Assembly: GCF_009914755.1 (NCBI RefSeq)
Contig: NC_060939.1
Length of the DNA: 64,000 bases
From: the human T2T-CHM13v2.0 reference genome, Homo sapiens
Strand: one strand, 5' to 3'
The position numbers were made by a program, and so were the translations under genes. Of the stretch, positions 27,051-40,029 are shown piece after piece. Under the pieces are notes generated by a model, which had not been told where the DNA came from, made no database searches, and worked only from the letters and a program-made list of their open reading frames with translations. Every line of letters starts with the position of its first letter. Positions within the stretch are counted from its first letter, which is position 1.

Positions 27051-28757
27051 AGGCTGTGTTTGAGAAAAGATGTAGACCCTGCCTTCAGGGAGCTTTCTGA
27101 CATTCTTGGATGTGACAAAACATTCATGTGCAACATAGTAAAGAACATTGCAAATAAGAAATACTCAAGTGTTTGGTTGAAAATGCTGTTAGGAAGGCTA
27201 GAGTTGGGATGAAAGTTTTCCAGAAAGATATTTTAGCTCCACTACACTAAAAAATCAACACTGTAATTTGACTCTTAAAGTATCTAAGTGTTTCTACAAA
27301 GACGATATCAGCATAAACAATAATCCCCCAAAAAAATTCAAGATGAAAGAATCCCTATAGTAAATAAAAAACTTTCATGCCCAGAATCATCCAGATTCTC
27401 TGTTATTGTGAGCCTCCGAAAAATTGCTTGATCTCTACTTGGTTTTGTGTGGACTCAGCCAAAACTGATGTTTCTAACAGCATTTTCTATGTAGTAAGAT
27501 GGTGCCAGAGACACAGGAGAGAAATGGTAGAGGGGAAAAAAAGAACTGTGAATGAATCCTCTCTGAAATTCTGGCATTTCTTCAGAGATGTCCATGGTCT
27601 TTCCCCTTTGCAAAATACCATTCAAAAACAGAATCCTGTATCTACAGATGATCGGGGGAATAGCCCAGCTGTGCTTTTCATATATGCACCTAACTTATTT
27701 CAAGGGTGTTGCTGTTTTATTTTTACAGCTGCAAAGTGTTAGCAATCCAAAAAGAGCTGCCAAGATTACAATCAGTTGAATTAACTTAGGGCTGTGTTCT
27801 TGGTAGATTCAGAGCTGTTCTAAATCAGTTCTCTGTGCTGTTGCTGAATGCTCTGAGTGATCAGAGCTGTTTCCCAAACAGAGTCGGAATGGTTATTTCC
27901 CCATTTGCAGCTGCTTATTTGATTTTTAAAAAGACCCTTTGAAACATTTTCACATTTCCTTAAAAAAACTGTTATATATGCATATATACAGAGCAAGATT
28001 GCTGTTATAACAAGAAACATGAAGACATTGACAGTCAGTGAAATCCTGAAGACCAATCACAGAACTGAACTGCAGGTGCACCTAAGATTCTGGATATGTT
28101 ATAATAATCAGCCAATAACAAATTTCTGTAATATTAGATCCTATTTTCCTCTGACTTCCACTATAATGTTCAAGAAATATTTTTCTCCAAAGCAAAATAA
28201 CCCAACAGTCTGACAAGAATATTTTTTGATGGGAAACTAATTAGATTAAAAGCTAAGCCTGAGGTATTCTGGAATATATAAACCTTGGAGAACTTATATG
28301 CCTTTCTAAATTGGCAACAAGTCACCATCCTTAGGATCTCCATTATGCTATAGGTGCTACTCCTTTGAGCAGACCATAGAAATGTGTTTTATTCTCAATT
28401 CTACACATGCAGTTCTGGACTCTGGCCCTATGAAGCTACTTGTTTGGCCTGGTGATTTACAATGGTTGGCCAAGCTTATGTACAACTCACAAGTAATACA
28501 CTATTGAGCAAGAGACCTGTTTTGGCTTAACAACTTACCAAGCTAGAGGTTTCAGTATTCCTACTTTGCTTCCCTATCCATTCCTAATGTTTACAGTACT
28601 ATTTTGCTTCAAGCAGTACTCTTTTTTTTCTGAGATGTGCATTTTCTTTTTAGTCAATAACTTGTTTCCGCTAGTTACAGCCAATACTATATAGAATATG
28701 CCAGTGGAATGTCATAAAAGCACTCGTGTGGCTTTGGGGGAAACATGCCAAGTAAGT

Positions 28758-28913
28758 CAGATGCTCTTCCTAGCAATGACTGTGTGTCTGTTCAAGTTAG
28801 CTATGAGGCTTAGGACAGAAGCCAGCTCAGGTGTCCAGATGCTCTTCCTAGCAATGACTGTGCATCTGTTCAAATTAGATATGAGGCTCAGGACAGAAGC
28901 CAGCTCAAGTGTC
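28758..28913. repeat. 78-bp tandem duplication (2 copies, 6 mismatches)
   Basis: CAGATGCTCTTCCTAGCAATGACTGTG...GCCAGCTCARGTGTC at 28758 and 28836. Confidence 0.95.
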
Positions 28914-29145
28914 CTCCTTGACCTCAGGTCAAGTTAGGTGCCCTGCTGAATGTTCCCACAATGTCCTGCACATTTACTGTTGATAGGTATCTGTTTAGAC
29001 CTTTATCATGCTCATTAGACTGTAAGTATCCTGAGGGCAGGGGTAGGACACTGGGATGTCATCAGTTTTATATCACTATATCAGCAATGCTTTAACAATG
29101 TTGACACAGTATAGATGTTCAACAAAAATGGTTTTCGAATAAAGT
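28900..29145 (+). mobile_element. L2 3' fragment
   Basis: ATTAGACTGTAAG..CCTGAGGGCAGGG...GACACAGTATAGATGTTCAACAAA. Confidence 0.7.
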
Positions 29146-29164
29146 AAAGACTTTATGGCTCATG

Positions 29165-29720
29165 ATGAAGCATAGTGCTACAGAGGAATCCTGGAATAGG
29201 AGTGATATGGTTTGGCTGTGTGCTCACCCAAAGCTCACCTCGAATTGTAATAATCCCCATGTGTCAAGGGTGGGGCCAGGTGAAGATAATTGAATCATGG
29301 GGGTGGTTTCCCCCCATACTGTTCTCATGATAGGGAATAAGTATCAAAAGATCTGATGGTTTTATAAAGGGCAGTTCCCCTGTACACACTCTCTTGCCTG
29401 CCACCATGTAAGATGTGACTTTGCTCCTCATTCGCCTTCAGCCATGATTGTGAGGCCTCCCCAGCCATGTGGAACTGTGAGTCTATGAAACCTCTTTCCT
29501 TTATAAATTCCCAGTCTCAGGTATGTCTTTATTAGCAGCATGACAACAAACTAATACAAGGAGTTAAAGGGCCTAAATTTTAGTCTACACCTACTATGTC
29601 ACCTATGGGCTAGTTATTTTAAGACAAGTGTTTTTCCACCTTTTTAAATTATTTTTTTTCACTGAAGGGTTTGAACTAGGTGATCTGCAGTGTTTCCTTC
29701 AAGCTCTGGAATACTATAAC
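29165..29720 (+). mobile_element. MIR3/MIRc-like SINE split by THE1C
   Basis: CTGGAATAGGAG|TTAAAGGGCCT...GGGTTTGAACTAGGTGATCTGC...CCTTCAAGCTCT. Confidence 0.55.
29203..29558 (+). mobile_element. THE1C solo LTR (ERVL-MaLR)
   Basis: TGATATGGTTTGGCTGTG...ACTAATACA; perfect 5-bp TSD AGGAG. Confidence 0.93.
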
Positions 29721-32239
29721 TGTTGGAGTGTTATTTCATTCCCATGATTTTATGACAAGAAGATGGTAACCTGCTAAATTGATTCTGGGTACTTTCACTA
29801 TGCCCAAGTGGAGAAAAAAAACCCTTTATTCTAAACAAGTAAGAGTAAAGTTTATAAAGATGGATAGAAGAGATCAGAAAATGAATAATTTGCTAGACCA
29901 GAGTGAACTTCCAGAGTGAAACTATGTTGGTAGACTTGCCTTGGAGTATTTGAAAGTCTCTGCCATTCATCAGAAGCTTTCCTATTCATCTCCAATAAAA
30001 TAATTAAAGAAGTTTGGTTAATTTTGACCACGAAAATAAACTAAAAAAGTAGGCTTAAGGCTAAATATTTTAAATTTTATTAGAATGTTTTGATTCTTAC
30101 TAAGTGGATGCAACCAGGTATTATATAAAACTCTGTTTTTGTAAAATTAATTTTATTAGACTTTCCTATGGTGGATCAAACAGTCAATAACTTGCAACAT
30201 TCAGCATACTTTCTGGAGTTTCCCAATCCCAAAATATCCAAAATAAAGTGTGCTCTGAATTTTGATGACAACATCAGCATGGGAACCTTTGGGTTAACAC
30301 TAATACTCTTGTTAGAATGTGAATAACTGTCGTTATCATCTATTCAACGAATAGCTATTGAATACATGTTTATTGGCTCGAAATTGAATATCTACTATTT
30401 GTCAAGCACTGTGCTGGAAATTTAGGACTCAAAAGTAAGTTAAAAATACTGTGGTCAATTATATTTTAAAATATGGAATTGTATTTTAAAATATGGAAGT
30501 ATTAGTGCATCAGGCCACTGTAACCCATTAACCTCTAAGGTCAAACAATTCAGATTAGTACATGTCATCCAAGAAGTCCTGGGAAAATGGAACTCAGGAT
30601 AGATAAACTATGATGGAGAAAGGAATCAGGAAACCTTCTGGAATATGAAGGACTTTGGAAATAGAGAGAAAAAGAAGAATGGGTTGCTCCCATGTGTGGC
30701 TCTGGGAACATAGAAAACAACTTTAGGGGAATCAGAAAGATTAAACAGAGAGGGAAAAGTAGGGGTGGGGGGACTCGTATTTTTTGGGGGTAGCCTTCAA
30801 TACAATTATAGCCTAAAGCAAGTATTTTTTAATCTTGAGAGCTTAGATCAGCAATCTGTTAAACGATATGAATGGCTATGTTGATCAATAAGTGGAAATA
30901 ACTTTTAGAGATAACTATATGAAAATTTCTAAACCTGGAGAAGGGCAAGTTGTCATTAAAATTACAGACTTATCTAAAACTACTATAATGGGAATTGCTA
31001 TGTAAGAAATGGTTTCTTTGCAAGATGGCATGGGATGAGGGAAGAAGAGGTAGTCAACCAACAAATCTACACCTTAGAACTTGCCTAGAAAATGTAGACA
31101 TATACCAAAGAGATGAGTTTTTATTTTCAAGATAAATAATACTTTAGGATTCTGAAGGGACCCAGGGTGAACATCAATCTGCTTTGATTGAAAATTAACA
31201 CTTTGGGGGAAAAAAGTATAACCAATTGAGTTGCAAATTAAGGTAAATTAAAGTAGGCTGCTAAATTATCCATCACTGGGTGAATACAATGGGCACTCAT
31301 CAATTTCCACTGTAACTACCAAAACCTATTCTGGATCAGATGACCAATTACTAAGGTTGTTGGTTGTCTGTCCTGAAAGATACATCCTTTAGGCTGTAAT
31401 ACCAAACCACATTATAATTTGTGTCATGATACAACAACCTTACCACAGGGCCAGAGTGAGACATCACATTTTCTTGACATTAATAACTAATAGCTCAGAA
31501 TAGCAACATGTATTCCCAGACTGTCAGTTTCTGAATTGAATTCTGTAGTCTTCTTTTACTTTGCATGTCCATTATTGGATTAATCTAAATCTAACTTCTA
31601 AGATTTAAGTAAATATAATCGGTTTTTAATATAGACTCAAATTAAACTCAAATATATGCGTTTCCCTCATGTATTTCGTGAAAGAGCTAGGTGGAAAATA
31701 ATGTCTTCTGTTACTCAGAGGACAGAATGAAGGAAAGAAGCCCTGGAATGAACATCTGAGGACATTCTATTTTGTTCCAGTTTAGATTTTGTCTTCTGTC
31801 TTTAGCTTGTGACATCATCTCTTCCTAATCCATCTGCCCTCCTTATCATTTTTCCTCCCCCAGTGTGGCAACAGTCTAGGCTACATGAAAGGCCCTCTCT
31901 AGACAGGAAGCAGAAAGATGCACAAAACTCAAGGTGGAAAAGCATAGGGACATGAGATTAAGTACTGCCTGAAGCTCTCACACCAATAGCTACTCACAGG
32001 GACACACACTCGCTAGAGTGCATTTATGCATAAGCGAGCAATAGGGAAGGATGGAGCTAGCCCTACTGGAAGGGGTAGGGAAACTTTCAGCGTTGTTATT
32101 TGCTGGCATAGAAAGTTTTCTTTTAAGGAAACTTAAAACTCCAAAACCATGGAAGTAAAAAGAGGTGCAAAGTAGTGTGAGGCAAGACAAGGAAGAGTTC
32201 AGAGTGTCACCAAAACCAAATGAGAAAAACACGTATATC

Positions 32240-32385
32240 AGACATACCCCATTTTATCCTTTGGGAATCCAAGACTCAATAAATTATCAATGTTTCCCAA
32301 GATTATACAAGTAGAAAGTAATATAGCACTGGGACTCTAATTTAAATTTGCCTGATTCATAAATTGAGTTTCTTTTCACTGCTTT
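32240..32385 (-). mobile_element. MIR fragment
   Basis: CCCCATTTTA...TTTCCCAAGATTATACA. Confidence 0.55.
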
Positions 32386-32709
32386 ATCTTGTCTGTCTAA
32401 TTAATAAAATCTAGCCAATTAACCCGCACTGGACATATGTAGGTATATATGTATCTGTAAGTGCACTGTATCTCCAAGTATTTTGGAATAGAATTCTCTC
32501 TCAGTGCAAAAAAAATGATTGCAGACTAAAAATCAAATCTTAACTTAAAAGTCTCAATGTAGATGACCTAGAAAATAATGCCATGGAACAGAGAACTTTC
32601 CTCCCCCAGCCCCCTAACCTTTTGCATTTAGGACCCATGACCAGCACCTTGTGGCCATGAAGGAGAAACCCACCATGGTGGGGCGTGTACATTTGATGTG
32701 TATCTCGGT

Positions 32710-32897
32710 GGACACAACTGATCCTACTGGACCATTCATATTCAGGTTTCCCTGGAGATCAACCATAGCTACCTTCCAGTAAGATGACCAGGGGCATCTG
32801 TGCCCCTAAGACACAGTTGTATCCCCATTGCAAAGCTAATTGGAATCCAGCTTGCAACCTTGGCCCTGTCACACCATATTCCAACCCAATTCTGTTT
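32710..32897 (-). mobile_element. MamSINE1-like ancient tRNA-derived SINE
   Basis: Minus strand TGGTGTGACAGGGCCAAGGTTGCAAGCTGGATTCC...TTAGCTTTGCA...AACTGTGT...CACAGA resembles the recalled MamSINE1 head. Confidence 0.55.
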
Positions 32898-34669
32898 AGT
32901 GCTTGTGCATCAAGAGCTAGACATCCTAGCAGACAGAAATAGTCTGTTTCCAGCTTGGCCTGCATCAGGAAGAGTCAGTGGAGGATCACAGCTTACAAAA
33001 ATACACACAAACACACAGATACTTCTGATGTTTATGTGAACCTGTGAAATGACCCAATTTTTTTTACATTAAATCAACGTATACATACATAAATACTTCT
33101 TGGGAAGATTATTATTTCTTATACATCTTGAGCTATGTGGCTGGAGAATCAAGCCAGTCTTAACATGTAGGGAAAAAATGTTGAAAATTAAATTAAAATT
33201 TCCCCAAATTAAAACCCACCAGTTTATAAATCTTCATACCACATAAGCACCTGATATTTTCCCGGAAACGGTAGCAACACCACCATCACCACTAATCACA
33301 GGAAAATTGTTGTGAGGCTTAATTAATACTCACTGATTAGCTTTATATAGCCTAAAGCTTGGGAAAGACCCTACTGCAGAATAAAATGTCTTGCTTTTCA
33401 ACTTTACTAGTAATTTTTGTGAAATATCTCAACTTTGGTTTTGCTTTCGTTTTTGTTTTAAACATCAAATATTCTCACAGAGCTCCTGTTTCTATGCTAT
33501 ATTGGTTTTTAACTTTTTTTTACCTTTCAGCATTTGGTAAGTCCCAATAAAATGAAATAAAATGTGTTCATCCATCTTTGTTCTTCTTTAATAGAGATTT
33601 GTTTCAATCATGTTGTTATCTGCACTTGAAAATAGCAGGCTCATAGAATCTTAGTTTGAAGCTCAAAAATGTGCATACAGCATAAAGGAAATCTTAGAAA
33701 ACCAGCCACGTTGGCCTAAAGCCTCTTAAAACCTTATAAAAATGTATGTCTAAAGCATTATTAACATTCGTCTCCTACCTACATGAAAGTAATCAAAATG
33801 AAGTCAAGTTGCAGCTCACTGTGGCTTTCACCTACGCTAAGCAGATACAGAAGAAAAGACAACTCCATTTTCTCACCAACATTCATCCTAAGTTTAGTCC
33901 AGGAAGAGAATATTCTAGAATTTCCCACCTCTAAAATGAAAACATGTTTTTTTCTCTCAAATGCAAAACTGCTGACACATTATCCCCCTTGATCCAATGG
34001 TATCCCTGTGTCTTTTCATTTGCCACAAGCTCTTTGAGAAAAATGAGGTGCTTAAGATAAGATGGTGTGCTCTGCCTACCACAGTTGATGGCAACTGATG
34101 TGGAAATGAAGGGCTTTTCAAACTTTCCTAATTTGGTGGTTGGGAATCCCCAGCGATGGGCTAAGTGGTAAGAAGATCAAATGGTTGGAAACACAGAAGT
34201 GGGTCTGCTTAGTTTTTGATGCCAAGAACACTTCCAAAGTAGGCTTTAGTAGGCAGCATGGAGAGGCAGCTGTGGCTCAGCTGAGGGGACTGCTGGTTGT
34301 TACATGTTTTTATTATCTTAAAATCCTTGCACCTGCCAGAAACACCTCCCCCTGGAACAAGTTCAGCTCTTTCTTGGCCCTCTCCCTTCTGGAAGCAAAC
34401 ACAGAAATGGGGAAGTATACAAAGTGTAGGCAAGGGAATTTGCACATGTTCAAAAATATGGAACAAGCCATTGCTCTTCTAATGTAGCTTTCACAGAACT
34501 CAGGAGACTGAGTCGTCCTGGTTGCCATTTGGACCTTCTTCAAAGCAAGCATGAACACTCTTAGGACAGAACATTGTGCTCCATAAAAAAAGGTTGCAGA
34601 ATGAGAGAATCCCCTCCAGTATGCCCTGAGAAACTAGGGATTTGGTTTATAGCATGTCAACTTTAGAAA

Positions 34670-34765
34670 AATACACACAGATGTGCACATACACATATAT
34701 ACACACATACACATGTACGTATATATACAAATGCACAAAGTATGTATTTGTGCACATATGTGTAT
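34670..34765. repeat. Degenerate CA/TA/TG low-complexity tract
   Basis: Seen directly. Confidence 0.75.
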
Positions 34766-37639
34766 AATGTTCTGAATCTATAATAATGTGTTTGTTGTAA
34801 ACATTTAGAAAAATGCAGGAAGTTATGATACCATATAATTCTAATGGACTTTCCTGGAAGATCTTCCTATTAGTATTATTACTAAATATAATATCAGTAT
34901 TATCATCAATATTATTAATAGCAACAAGTGTAGATCATGAAGCAAGGCATCCAGGCTTCTTAAGCCACCTCATGAGTTACAAGGACACATTGCTGAAGAC
35001 CATTACACTTTTACCTGAATCAGTTCATGCAGACCTAGGAGCTGAAAATGACCTTTATCACTTTGCTATGTGTATTACAGGGGATTCTCCAGTCCCGATG
35101 GAGCCAACCAAGTGCTTTTCTCCTATAGCACCTGACAAAGAAAACAGATAGCGAGAAAGCCTGCAGTCAACTCTGGGAATGGGGATGGAGGCCCCGACCC
35201 CAGCCTTCCCTGCTTAGAGGAAACAGGAAACTCTGTACCAGCTGGGTGCATGAAGGGAAGCTTCTTCACCTTCTTGCAACAAAGTCAGAAGTGAAGATGT
35301 GACCCTGAGGGTCCCAGAAGCCCATCTGCTTTACAGAGTGGCTGTGGGAGGGCTGAAGTTCCTCACGGTAGCCTTGAGGGACCTTTTCTTTCCCCAGCAC
35401 AGTCTGCTTATTTCCTGTGAAACTGCTCTCAGGGCACGAAGCCACTGTATAGTGAGCCTGTGGTGACTACAGTGCTAGTCCATATCTTGGCGGTATTATT
35501 GGGAGAAATCACTTAATACCATCTTATATTAAATGGAAGAAAGGTTTTAAATAGGATTTTCAAAGATCTAGAATACAAACACATTTTCACCATGGGTTTT
35601 TTTTTGGACTAGGAAATAAATTCATTTGTGTGCTACCAAATATCATAAACATCTAGGTCTACTAACCACTAATAACTAGAAAACTGGCTTTAAAGTTGTT
35701 GAAATGAAGATGATTATAAACACTTAAGGTATTGATTTGTACAAACCTTCCTGTTTCTGAGTGCCTTTAAAAAAATTAAAGGGATTTTGGAAGTGTGCAA
35801 AATGGATCTTTTTTCACTACAGCCCTAAGCAAGTATCCTTCATTCCTTGGATTAAAGTCCCAATACTTGCCTAAAGTTGCACAGGCAATAGTGACAAAGG
35901 TCATTGGAAGTTGGATACCCCACCCAGTTTTCCCTTTCTTCACCCTAAAAGTGCTCCATGGAAGATCTAAATTCTCATTAAAGAGAGAGTAGAAAGGTAT
36001 CTTTGCCCAAGTATTGGCCTTTTGAGACACTGGAGAACATGTTGCTATGGTATGGTGCTTTATAACCTTTCAAGAGGTTTTACTTTTATTATATCATGGA
36101 AAGCTAAAATTGAAAGAGTGAGCAAAAGTGATTGAAAAAATGAATTTTAGAGTTAGGGTTTCCTTTACTTCCAAGTTTTGAAGTTTATTTGGTTTGATGC
36201 AGGGCAAGAATAACCAAGCATCTTCTCTGGGTCCATTTTTTAATGTTAATGGTATAAAATAAAACAAAACTCAAATATTTCTGTAATACCACAAGAGAGG
36301 TGTAGAGACAGAAATAACAAGGAAGAGGGGAGAAAGAGGTGCTTTATCTTGCCCTCATTTACTTCTTTCTATTAAATGACAAATGGCACTATGTTATTTG
36401 CTTCTGCTCTCAGTTAATTTTATGTATAGATATGGATAGAACAACACCTTTTTGTAGGATACAATATGTATTCCCTAATGTGAGAACTAGACTACAGCCA
36501 AGGAATCTGAGTGTGTTGTCAAGGAAACCTCCATGATTTTATTCATCTCCATGGCTGATCCCGCCATGTTGTCTAAGCTTCTTTTCCCCACCTACCCATC
36601 CATCCATGTGGACTCAGTTCTATGCAGTGATGGACAAGTGAGCATCACACTCACCAACTGTCATAGCAGTTCCTTTTTCCAAGCTCAAGTAATCCTCAGA
36701 GCTCATTTGCAATAATTTTTCAAGAGGTACATGCTGCCTGTATTATTGTCTCATTCATTCTCCCGTGGCTGAGAAACCAATGTCCTGTAAACCTCAAGGA
36801 GCTCACAACTTGTGATTACTGTCCCAAGCAGAAACATCCCCAACTTGGGGCAAAATTCGATGTGGGAGAAAATGTAAAAGTAAATATGGCATTATCATTT
36901 TCAGAAGTGCACATTTGCCATAAAATAGGCATAAATTCCCCATAACAGCATAATAAAAATTAGACTAGAACTATCATATATGAAAGGTTAAAGCTATGAT
37001 TTTTAATGAGAGCTAGGACAACTCAGGATATCGATAAGCTTTGCACCTGACACCTCCAGTTATATGAAGGTTTTCACCTTTTGATTGCATTGATTCAAAC
37101 TTATTTCTGTCTTGGGCTCCTGAGTGACCTATATGAGATGAGTTGCTGGCTCTGATCCATTCTCTCATGATTAGATGACCACAACTCATGATCTGTATTG
37201 GTGGGTACTCAGAGAGTTTGTGCATTGCTTGGCCAGCTGGGGGCACACTTATCTCCTGAGTTATTCCTCAGTTCAGAGGCCTACTCCATTTGGTTGGGGG
37301 CAGGTTGCAGAGTTGGGGGAAGGGATGGACTGAATGTACACCTTTTCACTGTGACCTTAGAGGCAATTAGACTATGACAAAAGGCCAGGCGGACAAAGTA
37401 ATACACACAGACTGGTGTTATGCCATGAATAAAAGAGAATACAACCTCTGCAGGACCTGTGGTCTAGGATGGAGGCAGTGAGCTAGTTAAAAGAAGAGGG
37501 GAGAATGAAGTGAGGAAGAGGAGGCTGAGCCTCACATACTACATTTCATTTTCCTTCATATCTCTGTGCTTCCAATACACAGGGCAAATACTTGACTGAT
37601 ATGCCTAGCCCTCACCTCCATCGAAGTCTAACATCTGGG

Positions 37640-37643
<4 letters not shown>

Positions 37644-37690
<47 letters not shown>
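37644..37690. repeat. Perfect (TG)23 microsatellite
   Basis: Seen directly. Confidence 0.95.
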
Positions 37691-37693
<3 letters not shown>

Positions 37694-37839
37694 CTTATGC
37701 ACCTGCATTTGAATGCTGTGGTATTAACATCCATTAAAGTCACGTGACCAAAAGGACTTCAACCAGGGCCAGAGATTCAGAGCCATAGTAAATGCTTTAG
37801 AATTATGTATAATTTCACTGAAACCATACAAATAAACAT

Positions 37840-38420
37840 GTTGCTATGAAACTGAAATACACAGAGGTATGGATGAACTTATATATTGCTAGAGGTCATA
37901 CAAATTGATAAAACACTTTGAAAAGGAATTTGACCTTAGGTATCAAGAGCTACCAAATTAAAAGTGCATGCATTTTGACCTGGTAATCCCACTTGTGGGC
38001 TTGTGGGACTCCAGCCCAAGGAAACAGACAAAAAAAAAGACAGTCATACGCATATGTTCATCACAGCGCTATGTACAATAGTGAAATACTAGAAACCATC
38101 TAAGTGCCCAATAGTAGAAGAATAGTGCGATGAACTATGGCACAGACATTCTGAAGAATATTTTGCAGTTGTTAAACTGGTGGTTCTGAAGTCTATGTAG
38201 CAATACTAAAAATGTGCAATATAAAATACTGAGGAAAACCACAAAATTATATATGCACCATGGTTGCAATTGTGTGAAATGTATATGTACATGGGCAGAG
38301 ACAAAAAATGACAATGAGTAACAATAAAATAGCTATGTAGAAGATATGGTAGTAGGTGATATATTTCCTTTTCTATGGTTTATGGCTCTCAATGTACTTT
38401 TTAGCAATAAAAAGGAAAGA
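37840..38420 (+). mobile_element. L1ME-type 3' fragment
   Basis: TTTGACCTGGTAATCCCACTT, ATGTTCATCACAGC, AAACCATCTAAGTGCCCAATAGTAG. Confidence 0.75.
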
Positions 38421-38454
38421 AAGTATGAGCTTATTCTTATCAAGAAAATGGCAA

Positions 38455-38512
38455 TGTATGTGTGTGTGTGTGTGTCTGTGTGTGTATATATATGTGTGTG
38501 TGTATATATATG

Positions 38513-38547
<35 letters not shown>
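38455..38547. repeat. Compound (TG)n(TA)n(CA)n microsatellite
   Basis: Seen directly. Confidence 0.95.
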
Positions 38548-38764
38548 GGCAAGGCACCAAGAAGTGTATGTATGTGTGTCTGCCTGTGCACATGTACATA
38601 TTTTAGGTTTCTCGGGGAGCAGTGACATTTTTAAATCTTAAATTTCAAAATGCAGTTGTTTAGAAAGTAAAGATTTTGAGCATGAGAATTATGACTGAGA
38701 CATTTCATCAGCACAAAATTACAAGTAGAAGATAGGTTTGATATTGTTTCACAGTGACAACCTG

Positions 38765-38931
38765 TTTATATATATTTTTATATATATATATAAAAATATA
38801 TATAAATATATATATTTTTTTATATATATATAAATATATATAAATATATATATATTTTTATATATATATAAATATATATAAATATATATATATTTTTATA
38901 TATATATATATATAAAAATATATATATATTT
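38765..38931. repeat. Pure A/T (TA)n-based array containing palindromes (Alu tail)
   Basis: About 167 bp with no G or C. Confidence 0.95.
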
Positions 38932-39213
38932 GAGATGGAGTCTCACTCTGTCACCCAGGCTGGAGTGTAGTAACCTCGATCTTGGCTAACTGCAACCTCC
39001 GCCTCATGGGTTCAAGCGATTCTCCTGCCTCAGCCTCCCGAGAAGATGGGATTACCCAGCCCACCTCCACACCCGGCTAATTTTTGTATTTTTATTAGAG
39101 ACAGGGTTTCACTATGTTGGCCAGGCTGGTCTCAAACTCCCAACTTCAGGCAATCCGCCCATCTTGACCTCCAAAAGTGCTGGGATTACAGGCATGAGCC
39201 ACCGCGCCCAGCC
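38930..39213 (-). mobile_element. AluS (Sx-like)
   Basis: Full dimer; TSD AACCTGTTT at 38759 and 39214. Confidence 0.93.
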
Positions 39214-40029
39214 AACCTGTTTCAATTTTATGCCCTTAGTCATAAAGTCTTTCAAAAGTTACAGGTGAAATTCCTTAAAAAATTGTCACACTTTAAATGA
39301 CAGTTTTGGAGCTCTAAAGAACATAAATGTTTTTACTTTATCACATAATTGCCTCTAACTACCAGTTAATTTAACTATATGGCTGTAAAATTGTTTTCTA
39401 AAGTGACGGTGTCCCAGCAGGATTGCATAAAACACCTTTTGCCCACACCCGCGCCTATCAGCCTATCACCCTTTTCCTTTTGGCTGGCATATTTTATTCC
39501 TGCTAATAGTTCACATTTCCTGCCTGAAAGAGCATGTTTAAAGGCTACTGATGTATTGTACCAGTGAATATTAGACTTGAAAGAGAGCACACCAAGGGGC
39601 TAAAAAGACTTTAAAATCATGATTGGAAATGAAGTTGAGGTTTTGTTTGAAGGTGCAAACCAGGCTGTATTCAGCTGTGTGTCAGTACAAAGCTTTTTTT
39701 CTCCTGCACTTGTCCTGTCTTAAGCAGGGCATTTCAGTGTTGTTTGATAAGAAGGCAAAAAAAAAAATTAAATGTCTGTGAATTAATGCATTACATATGA
39801 GGGACTTTCCCAAGCTCTGCTATAAAAAGTGGGTCCCATTTAAAGATTTGTATGTTTTTAGAGAAATATAGGATTTCAAGAATAAGGGGAAAAACTATCC
39901 CAAGAGCAATGCATTGCAGGTGCACTCTGCTCTTAGCAACTCATTTTAGAAGGATGACAGCCAGAGTGTGACTACAGAAAAAAGGTGAGGATGAGACAAG
40001 GTATAGAAAGGCATGGGAAAGGAAACCAA

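Noticed and set aside
28758-28913. Possible CRISPR-like array or repeat protein
   Set aside because: There are only two head-to-tail copies, no spacers, and the context is eukaryotic.
38333-38628. Five overlapping ORFs rich in CV/HT
   Set aside because: They are an artefact of the dinucleotide microsatellite.
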